Virus record (IMG/VR): IMGVR_UViG_3300044513_000278
Location: 1-26,351 of that record
Strand: one strand, 5' to 3'
DNA: 26,351 bases
From: a virus
Lineage: Duplodnaviria; Caudoviricetes
The notes below the pieces were generated by a model. That model saw only the letters and a program-made list of their open reading frames with translations, had not been told where the DNA came from and did not search any database. Below are positions 1 to 6,510 of this stretch, in pieces. The position numbers and the translations under genes were made by a program. How positions within the stretch are numbered: the stretch's first letter is position 1; every line of letters begins with the position of its first letter.

Positions 1-1
1 A

Positions 2-55
2 ATCGGTCTCACTCGCTCTGGAGTTGGACGAGTAAAAGTAACTCGACTTAACTAA
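2..55 (+). CDS. 3' end of an upstream gene, probably an RlpA-like (DPBB) lytic transglycosylase (partial)
   Basis: Manual translation 2..55 gives [17 protein letters not shown], which resembles the C-terminal 'IGxxxSGVxxVxVxxL' of RlpA/DPBB domains. The TAA at 53-55 lies 4 nt before the psbA ATG. Only 17 residues are visible. Confidence 0.5.
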   Translation: MGLTRSGVGRVKVTRLN

Positions 56-59
56 CTTC

Positions 60-1136
60 ATGACTGCCACAATTGCAGCTTCCCCAAGGAACGCTTGGGA
101 TACTTTCTGTGACTGGGTAACCAGCACTAACAACCGTCTTTATGTTGGCTGGTTCGGGACACTGATGATTCCGTGTCTTCTCGCTGCAGCCATTTGTTTC
201 ATCGTTGCATTTGTTGCAGCACCACCTGTTGACATTGATGGAATACGCGAACCAGTTGCAGGCTCCTTGTTGTATGGAAACAACATCATATCGGGAGCCG
301 TCGTTCCGAGCAGCAATGCCATCGGACTACACTTCTACCCAATTTGGGAAGCTAATTCACTTGATGAATGGCTCTACAACGGCGGTCCTTTCCAGCTCGT
401 TGTCTTCCACTTCCTCATTGGCATCTATGCTTACATGGGACGAGAGTGGGAACTTAGCTATCGACTAGGAATGCGACCCTGGATCTGCGTTGCTTACTCA
501 GCTCCTGTCGCTGCAGCATCTGCTGTCTTCCTTGTTTACCCCTTCGGTCAGGGTTCCTTCTCTGACGCAATGCCTCTTGGTATTAGTGGAACGTTTAACT
601 ACATGCTCGTCTTCCAAGCTGAGCACAATATTCTCATGCATCCCTTCCATATGTTGGGAGTTGCTGGTGTTTTTGGTGGTAGCCTGTTTAGCGCTATGCA
701 CGGCAGCTTGGTCACGTCTTCGCTTGTACGCGAGACTACGGAGTTTGAATCTCAGAACTACGGTTACAAGTTTGGCCAAGAAGAAGAGACTTATAATATT
801 GTTGCTGCTCACGGTTACTTTGGTCGGCTTATTTTCCAATACGCCAGCTTTAATAATTCCCGTAGCCTTCACTTCTTTTTGGCTGCCTGGCCTGTTGTAG
901 GTATTTGGTTTGCTGCTCTTGGTGTTTCCACCATGGCATTCAACCTGAATGGATTCAACTTCAACCAGTCCCTTCTGGACAACAAAGGTAATGTGATCAA
1001 TACCTGGGCGGACATTCTCAACCGAGCCAACCTTGGCTTTGAGGTAATGCACGAACGGAATGCTCACAACTTCCCGCTTGACTTGGCTGCAGCTGATACC
1101 ACTCCGGTGGCACTGACTGCACCTGCAATCGGCTAA
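60..1136 (+). CDS. psbA: Photosystem II reaction centre D1 protein (phage auxiliary metabolic gene)
   Basis: 358 aa with D1 hallmarks: [23 protein letters not shown] in [67 protein letters not shown] and a C-terminal processing extension. No intron. Confidence 0.99.
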   Translation: MTATIAASPRNAWDTFCDWVTSTNNRLYVGWFGTLMIPCLLAAAICFIVAFVAAPPVDIDGIREPVAGSLLYGNNIISGAVVPSSNAIGLHFYPIWEANSLDEWLYNGGPFQLVVFHFLIGIYAYMGREWELSYRLGMRPWICVAYSAPVAAASAVFLVYPFGQGSFSDAMPLGISGTFNYMLVFQAEHNILMHPFHMLGVAGVFGGSLFSAMHGSLVTSSLVRETTEFESQNYGYKFGQEEETYNIVAAHGYFGRLIFQYASFNNSRSLHFFLAAWPVVGIWFAALGVSTMAFNLNGFNFNQSLLDNKGNVINTWADILNRANLGFEVMHERNAHNFPLDLAAADTTPVALTAPAIG

Positions 1137-1140
1137 CTAA

Positions 1141-1314
1141 ATAAGGTTGGGGACACCTCAGAGTCGGATCCCCTTCCTATTGGCTGAGGCCGGTACGCCG
1201 ATACCCTTAGTCATGACAGTCTGGAGAGACAGACACAAGACAACATTTTTTTTAGAACACATGACTATCCATGTGATTCTCTAAGCGCTTAGAGAGACCC
1301 GTAAACATCTCTCT
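1141..1314 (+). ncRNA. Candidate structured cis-regulatory RNA in the psbA-capsid intergenic region
   Basis: Consecutive stems read by eye: GGGGA 1149-1153/TCCCC 1169-1173; TGGCTGAGG 1181-1189/CCTTAGTCA 1205-1213 enclosing CGG-TACG-CCG 1191-1200; GTCTG 1219-1223/CAGAC 1230-1234; CACATG 1258-1263/CATGTG 1270-1275; an 18-bp palindrome at 1278-1295; AGAGAGA 1291-1297/TCTCTCT 1308-1314. G-U pairs in the stems favour an RNA-level function. Confidence 0.6.
1290..1304 (+). promoter_or_regulatory. Candidate phage RNA polymerase late promoter
   Basis: TAGAGAGACCCGTAA shares the 3' core ACCCGTAA (1297-1304) with the Syn5 RNAP promoter as I recall it (ATTGGGCACCCGTAA), and it ends 18 nt before the capsid start. 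The upstream half differs. Confidence 0.45.
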
Positions 1315-1322
1315 TTTCTATT

Positions 1323-2339
1323 GTGGCTAACACTACTCAAACCGTATTGGGTACGCTTAACAAAGCCGTATCCAGCACCTCTGGTGCAAATGCGTACAAC
1401 ACTAAGTACGCAACTTATTTGAAGCTGTTTAGCGGCGAGCTGTTCAAAGCTTATGAGTCCGCGACGATGGCCAAAGGAACTGTTCAAAGCCGTACTCTTA
1501 AGAACGGTAAGTCGATGCAGTTCATCTTCACCGGTCGTATGACGGCGGACTATCACGTCCCCGGCACCCCTATCCTTGGTAGCGGTGATCCCCCGGTGGC
1601 AGAAAAGACCATCGTCTGTGATGACCTGCTGGTGTCTTCCGCGTTCGTTTATGACCTGGACGAGACCCTTGCTCATTACTCCCTGCGTAGCGAGATCGCT
1701 GCCAAGATCGGTCATGCTCTGGCCGAAGCTTATGACAAGAAGATCTTCCGTCAGATTGCTAAAGCTGCTCGTGAAGCTCACCCCATCACCGCTGCTCCTG
1801 GTCCCGAACCCGGCGGTAGCATCATCCAACTGGGTGTGCAGAAGGAGTATGACGCTCAGTCCCTGGTGGATGCCTTCTTTGAAGCTGCTTCGATCATGGA
1901 CGAGAAGAACCTGCCTAAGCAGGGTCGTACTGCTGTGCTGAATCCTCGCCAGTACTACGCTCTGGTTTCTCAGGTTGACAGCAACATCCTGAACCGTGAC
2001 TTTGGTAACAACCAAGGTAACCTGAACTCCGGCGAGGGTCTCTATGAGATCGCCGGTATCTCGATCAAGCGTTCTAACAACCTGCCTTTCCTGGCTGGCA
2101 CTGTCGCCAGTGTTCAAGGTGAGAACAACGACTACTCCGGTAACTTCACCACTCACTGTGGTCTGATCTACCAGAAGGATGCCGTTGGTGTTGTGGAAGC
2201 TATTGGTCCTCAGGTCCAGACTACTGGTTCTGACGTTCGCACCATGTACCAAGGCGACATCATCGTCGGTCGTCTGGCAATGGGTGCTGGCACTCTGAAC
2301 CCTGCTGCTGCTATTGAGCTGCAGTCTGCACGTTCCTGA
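1323..2339 (+). CDS. Major capsid protein (T7 gp10-like, HK97 fold)
   Basis: 338 aa, GTG start. T7-gp10-like motifs YLKLFSGE, RTLKNGKSMQF.FTGR, EKTIVCDDLL, YDLDETLAHY.LR.E and G...MG.G.L.P.AA.E. It precedes the tail tube genes and ends in a tandem stop TGA-TAA. Confidence 0.96.
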   Translation: MANTTQTVLGTLNKAVSSTSGANAYNTKYATYLKLFSGELFKAYESATMAKGTVQSRTLKNGKSMQFIFTGRMTADYHVPGTPILGSGDPPVAEKTIVCDDLLVSSAFVYDLDETLAHYSLRSEIAAKIGHALAEAYDKKIFRQIAKAAREAHPITAAPGPEPGGSIIQLGVQKEYDAQSLVDAFFEAASIMDEKNLPKQGRTAVLNPRQYYALVSQVDSNILNRDFGNNQGNLNSGEGLYEIAGISIKRSNNLPFLAGTVASVQGENNDYSGNFTTHCGLIYQKDAVGVVEAIGPQVQTTGSDVRTMYQGDIIVGRLAMGAGTLNPAAAIELQSARS

Positions 2340-2358
2340 TAACTGGAGGTAACTTAAA

Positions 2359-2538
2359 ATGGCTGCTTCTGTAGCTGCTGGTAACAACGGTGCTTGCACC
2401 ACCGACGCTGTTCGTATCTCTGTCGCCAAGACCCGTAAGGGTTACGGTAACGCTGTAGCTGACTCTATTGTGGCTTCGACCACTAAGGGTCTGCGTACTG
2501 CTTATCCTGGCGTTGAGTGCAACATTTCTAACGTCTGA
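2359..2538 (+). CDS. Small 59-aa protein, putative minor capsid/decoration protein (absent from the ORF track)
   Basis: Strong SD GGAGGT at 2345-2350, ATG 2359, TGA 2536-2538. MAASVAAGNNGACTTDAVRISVAKTRKGYGNAVADSIVASTTKGLRTAYPGVECNISNV. Codon style resembles the capsid gene, and it lies between the capsid gene and the terminator. Confidence 0.8.
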   Translation: MAASVAAGNNGACTTDAVRISVAKTRKGYGNAVADSIVASTTKGLRTAYPGVECNISNV

Positions 2539-2545
2539 TTATACG

Positions 2546-2574
2546 GGGGAGTCTTCATGGCTCCCCTTTTTTTT
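2546..2574 (+). terminator. Rho-independent terminator, positional equivalent of T7 T-phi
   Basis: GGGGAGTC-TTCAT-GGCTCCCC hairpin (2546-2566) followed by T8 (2567-2574), located between the capsid operon and tail tube A. Confidence 0.9.
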
Positions 2575-2593
2575 ACCCTTTTTAATAGGTGAT

Positions 2594-3208
2594 ATGGCCT
2601 TTCCTAATGCTTTAGTGTCCACCGAACTGGATGCCGTAAATCAAATACTCGGAGCAGTAGGACAGGCTCCTGTCACTACGCTCGATGATACCAATCCTGA
2701 CGTAGCTATTGCCTACGATACTCTTCAAGAAGTGAACCGTGAAGTTCAGGCAGAAGGGTGGGGATTCAATACTGAAAGAGAATACCCATTCAACCCTGAC
2801 GTTAACGGTGAGGTTGTGGTCCCATTGAATGTACTGCTGATTGATCTATCAGACCTGTACGAGAACAAAGGAGTTGAGGTCGTTGTTCGCAACGGCAAGC
2901 TTTACAACAAAGTCGGACACACGTATACCTTCACCAAGAAGGTCAAGTGCGACGTTGTTTGGTTGATTGACTTTACTGATCTACCACTTCCCGTGCGTGA
3001 CTACATCGTCACCAGAGCTGCTGTTCAGGCGTCAACAAAGATGGTGGGAGATTCCACCGTTTACCAAATGCTCCAACAAAAGGAGTCAATGGCACGAGCC
3101 AACCTGATGGAGTACGACTGCAACCAAAGCGACTATTCATTCTTTGGCTACCCCCAAGGTCAAAACTTCTACACCAGCTACCAACCATTCCATGTTCTAA
3201 ATAGGTGA
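2594..3208 (+). CDS. Tail tubular protein A / adaptor (T7 gp11-like)
   Basis: TELDAVNQILGAVGQAPVTTL, REVQAEGWGFNTE and DFTDLP.PVRDYI..RAA motifs. Start moved from 2468 to ATG 2594 because SD-like AGGTGA precedes it and the longer ORF would run through the terminator and the 59-aa gene. Confidence 0.9.
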   Translation: MAFPNALVSTELDAVNQILGAVGQAPVTTLDDTNPDVAIAYDTLQEVNREVQAEGWGFNTEREYPFNPDVNGEVVVPLNVLLIDLSDLYENKGVEVVVRNGKLYNKVGHTYTFTKKVKCDVVWLIDFTDLPLPVRDYIVTRAAVQASTKMVGDSTVYQMLQQKESMARANLMEYDCNQSDYSFFGYPQGQNFYTSYQPFHVLNR

Positions 3209-3209
3209 T

Positions 3210-5642
3210 ATGGCAGCAGTAACACAAAGAATACCTAATTACCTTGGCGGTGTATCTCAGCAGACTGATGAGCTGAAGTATCCAGGCCAACTCAGAGAAT
3301 GCAAGAACGGCTACCCAGACCCTACCTTTGGTCTGATGAAACGTCCTGGTACTCAGTTCCTTGCAGAGCTGAAGGATGACCTGGGAAACATCATTGCTCC
3401 TGGTACCTACGACAACGGTAAGTGGTTCTCCATCTTTCGAGATGCCACCGAGCAGTACGTTGTCGTCATTAAAGGGACAGGCATTAATATCTGGAGCCTG
3501 ACTGATGGAACACCTAGGACAGTTACCAATACCGGTCAGAGCTACTTGACTGGAGCAAAGGATGACTATGACATCCTCACCATCAATGACTACACCTTCG
3601 TTACCAACAAGACGGTAACAGTTACAGCACAGGCAGTACCTACTGGCTATAACGCCAAGAGAGCCGCCACAGTGCGCCTAGAAGAGGTCTCTTATGGCGC
3701 TGTGTATGAAGTTACCGTAGGAAGCAATACAGCCTCTTACACGACCTTTAACGCAGAGGCTACGGTCACCAGTCCTTCGCAGACTGCTAACACCGTCAAC
3801 GCTGATGTGATCCTAGATTCACTAACCTCTCAGATCAGTGGCTTCTCTGGGTTCACTGCTACGAAGATTGGCTCTGCTATTGAGATTGAAAGTACCAGTG
3901 ACTTTGAGATCTCAGCGAAGGGTGGTCAAGACGGTGAAGCTCTCACTGCTTACCAAGACAACGTTGAGAACATCTCCAAACTTCCTAACCGGTCAAAGAA
4001 CGGACGAATTGTCAGGATCACAAACTCCGTAGAGAACGCTGATGATTACTACGTCAAGTTCATTGCAGAGGATCAAACTTCTGGTACCGGTATTGGTTAC
4101 TGGGAGGAGACTATTTCTCCGACTGTCAGTCCGGGTCTAGACAACGCGACAATGCCGCACGTCTTGATCAGGCAGGCTAACGGAACCTTTACCTTTGGAC
4201 CTCATAACTACGAACCACGTCTAGTTGGTGACGACTTGTCTAACAGTCACCCCAGCTTTGAAGGTTCAACCATTAAACAACTGTTCTTCTATAACAACCG
4301 CCTAGGTGCGTTGACTGAGGAGAACGTTTCCATGAGTCAAGCTGGTGACTTCTTCAACTTCTACCACAACTCAGCGCTGACGGTTATTGCATCTGATCCT
4401 ATTGACATCTCATGTTCAAGTATCAGACCTGCAACCCTTCATGCAGTTGTCCCGGTTGCTCAAGGCTTGCTGCTATTCAGTCGTTCACAGCAGTTCCTTC
4501 TGCAAGGCGTTAGTGGTGTGTTGACTCCTGGTGGTACAACCATCAAGACCATCTCCAACTATGAGATGGATGTAAACAACGATCCCGTGGACATGGGAAC
4601 CACGGTGTCATTTGTCTCGAAGACTCCCTCTTACACACGTGTGTTTGAGATGCAAACAAGAGGTCAGGATGAGAGTCCCATTGTTGTGGACATTTCAAGA
4701 ATTGTCCCTGAATGGATCCCCTCAACTGTTGACCAAGTTGTCAGCTCTCCACAGAACAGTCTTCTATCTCTTGGCTCTAGCAACAGCTCAACTCTCTATC
4801 TCTTCCGCTTTTACACCAGTGGTGAGAAGCGTGAAACCCAGTCGTGGTTCAAGTGGGAACTCCAAGGTGAGGTCAAACACCACGCAATTGACAGAGACTT
4901 GTTCTGGGCGGTCACAAAGCAAGAGAACTCATATGTCATTCAGAAGCTCACGCTGATTCAAAGTCCCACGTCTTCCACATTCCTTACCAGCGATGGTAGC
5001 CGTGTGGATCCCCGTCTGGACTTCTGGAGTGCACCTACAAGCAGCTCCTACGACAGCACGCCTGGTGACCAGCACACGAAGGTCTACCTACCGTTTGAAC
5101 ATGACACTGGTGGAACACTGTGTGTCGTCACAGCAAACCCAGGTCAAGCCACACCTGTCTACAGCAACTCTGGTTTGGTTCAGTTCCCAACTGTCCTACA
5201 AGACGGAAGTGGTGACTACTACGCCAAGGTTGAGAACTTTGACTTGACTAGTGATGACCTGATCGTGGGTTACACCTACGACATGGAGTATGAGCTACCT
5301 CGCACTTACTTCAGAGGTGGCAATAGTGCTGAGATTACTGACTGGTCTGCATCACTGACTATTGCACGGATGAAGTTCCTGCTTGGTCTTGGTGGTGATG
5401 TGGTCTTCAAGGTGAGAGCCAAAGGCAGGTCTGAATGGACTGAAACTGAGGGTGTCAAACAAGCTGATTACTACATCGCTAACGACATTCCATTTGTCAA
5501 CTCGGCAGAGTTCACCGTTCCCATTCATCAACGATCAGAGAATATTGAAATGATTATTACATCAAGCTCACCGTTCCCGGTCAGCCTGTTGCAGATGAGG
5601 TGGGAAGGTAACTACTCACCGCGTTATTACAGGAGGGCGTAG
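3210..5642 (+). CDS. Tail tubular protein B / nozzle (T7 gp12-like)
   Basis: 810 aa; N-terminal TQRIPNYLGGVSQQ.D, GLMKRPG, RLVGDD.SN.HPSF, FFYNNRLG, Q.SWFKW and C-terminal WEGNY, typical of gp12; gene order agrees. Confidence 0.93.
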   Translation: MAAVTQRIPNYLGGVSQQTDELKYPGQLRECKNGYPDPTFGLMKRPGTQFLAELKDDLGNIIAPGTYDNGKWFSIFRDATEQYVVVIKGTGINIWSLTDGTPRTVTNTGQSYLTGAKDDYDILTINDYTFVTNKTVTVTAQAVPTGYNAKRAATVRLEEVSYGAVYEVTVGSNTASYTTFNAEATVTSPSQTANTVNADVILDSLTSQISGFSGFTATKIGSAIEIESTSDFEISAKGGQDGEALTAYQDNVENISKLPNRSKNGRIVRITNSVENADDYYVKFIAEDQTSGTGIGYWEETISPTVSPGLDNATMPHVLIRQANGTFTFGPHNYEPRLVGDDLSNSHPSFEGSTIKQLFFYNNRLGALTEENVSMSQAGDFFNFYHNSALTVIASDPIDISCSSIRPATLHAVVPVAQGLLLFSRSQQFLLQGVSGVLTPGGTTIKTISNYEMDVNNDPVDMGTTVSFVSKTPSYTRVFEMQTRGQDESPIVVDISRIVPEWIPSTVDQVVSSPQNSLLSLGSSNSSTLYLFRFYTSGEKRETQSWFKWELQGEVKHHAIDRDLFWAVTKQENSYVIQKLTLIQSPTSSTFLTSDGSRVDPRLDFWSAPTSSSYDSTPGDQHTKVYLPFEHDTGGTLCVVTANPGQATPVYSNSGLVQFPTVLQDGSGDYYAKVENFDLTSDDLIVGYTYDMEYELPRTYFRGGNSAEITDWSASLTIARMKFLLGLGGDVVFKVRAKGRSEWTETEGVKQADYYIANDIPFVNSAEFTVPIHQRSENIEMIITSSSPFPVSLLQMRWEGNYSPRYYRRA

Positions 5643-5644
5643 GT

Positions 5645-6493
5645 ATGGCATGGGGTGCATTAGTTGGAGGTCTTTTTGGCCTAGCAGGTGCCTTCGCAAA
5701 TAAAGGTGCCAACGATGCTGCTGTAGCGGCACAGAATGAAGCCACCAACAGGCAGCATGGCTACAACATGGATATGTGGAACTTCAACTACGATGAAGCT
5801 GTCCGCTATTCAGGCTACCAACAAGAAGGAATTGAGAATCAGCGCAAGAATATTGCCGCTGAGTATGGCAGGCTCGACAAGCTTGACTCCAGAGACTGGG
5901 TACACTCCATGCGTATCCAGGACTTTGAGTATGCCAACAACCTCAAACAATTCATAGCTTCTGAGAAGAACTACAGCAGCCAACTTAAGTTCAACAATAT
6001 TGCAGCCGCTCAGGCTCACGAGTCAGAGCAACGCAAGTTGAAAGAGATCAAGATTGGTGCAGCATTCAACTCACAAAGTCGGATGATGCAGGCGCTAGAA
6101 GCAGAAGGTGAAGCACAAGCCTCTGGTCAAGCCGGACGGTCTATGGGTAAACGGCTTCAAGCTGCTAACGCTAAAGCTGGTTTCAACGAAGCGATTGCAA
6201 TGGAAAGCATCGCTAGTGCAGAGAAGCAATTCAGCAAGTCAATCCAGAAGATCAACATTGAAAAGATGGGTGCTGATCTTGCAGCAGAAGCTGCTCGCAT
6301 GATCAAGCCGGAACGTGCTCCTGCACTGCCTAAGCCGATCAAACGTCCTCTTCCTATTCTGCAGGATGCCTTTGTACCGAAGAAGCCTCCGGCTCCTGTC
6401 AAAGGTGCTATGGCAACAAGCGCAGGCTGGGGTGGCGTACTTGGCGCAGCAGGCTCGCTTGCTGCAGGAACTATTGGCAAGGACTTCACTTAA
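5645..6493 (+). CDS. Internal virion (ejection) protein, T7 gp14-like
   Basis: 282 aa, first gene after the nozzle. Gly/Ala-rich hydrophobic ends, a helical Q/A-rich core and GRS motif, as in gp14-like proteins. The call rests mainly on gene order. Confidence 0.6.
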   Translation: MAWGALVGGLFGLAGAFANKGANDAAVAAQNEATNRQHGYNMDMWNFNYDEAVRYSGYQQEGIENQRKNIAAEYGRLDKLDSRDWVHSMRIQDFEYANNLKQFIASEKNYSSQLKFNNIAAAQAHESEQRKLKEIKIGAAFNSQSRMMQALEAEGEAQASGQAGRSMGKRLQAANAKAGFNEAIAMESIASAEKQFSKSIQKINIEKMGADLAAEAARMIKPERAPALPKPIKRPLPILQDAFVPKKPPAPVKGAMATSAGWGGVLGAAGSLAAGTIGKDFT

Positions 6494-6510
6494 TAAGGCA
6501 AAAGAACTAA

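Noticed and set aside
60-1136. Group I intron in psbA, or a host-chromosome origin for psbA
   Set aside because: The ORF is continuous and full length, and it is embedded among phage genes.
1184-1205. Hammerhead-ribozyme resemblance (CUGAGG...stem...GAUAC)
   Set aside because: The core deviates from CUGANGA/GAAA, and I could not find stems I and III around an NUH cleavage site.
2320-2375. T7 10A/10B-type frameshift or readthrough of the capsid gene
   Set aside because: Tandem TGA-TAA stop; the +1 frame is blocked by TAA 2350-2352; the -1 frame stops within about a dozen codons; no slippery heptamer seen.
1281-2429. 382-aa minus-strand ORF antisense to the capsid gene
   Set aside because: Shadow ORF expected from the strong codon bias of a highly expressed gene; no recognisable motifs, and all real genes here are on the + strand.
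2468-2593. Hydrophobic, signal-peptide-like N-terminal extension of tail tube A in the ORF track
   Set aside because: It overlaps the 59-aa gene and the terminator, whose T-tract produces the Phe/Leu run. ATG 2594 has an SD and matches the gp11 N-terminus.
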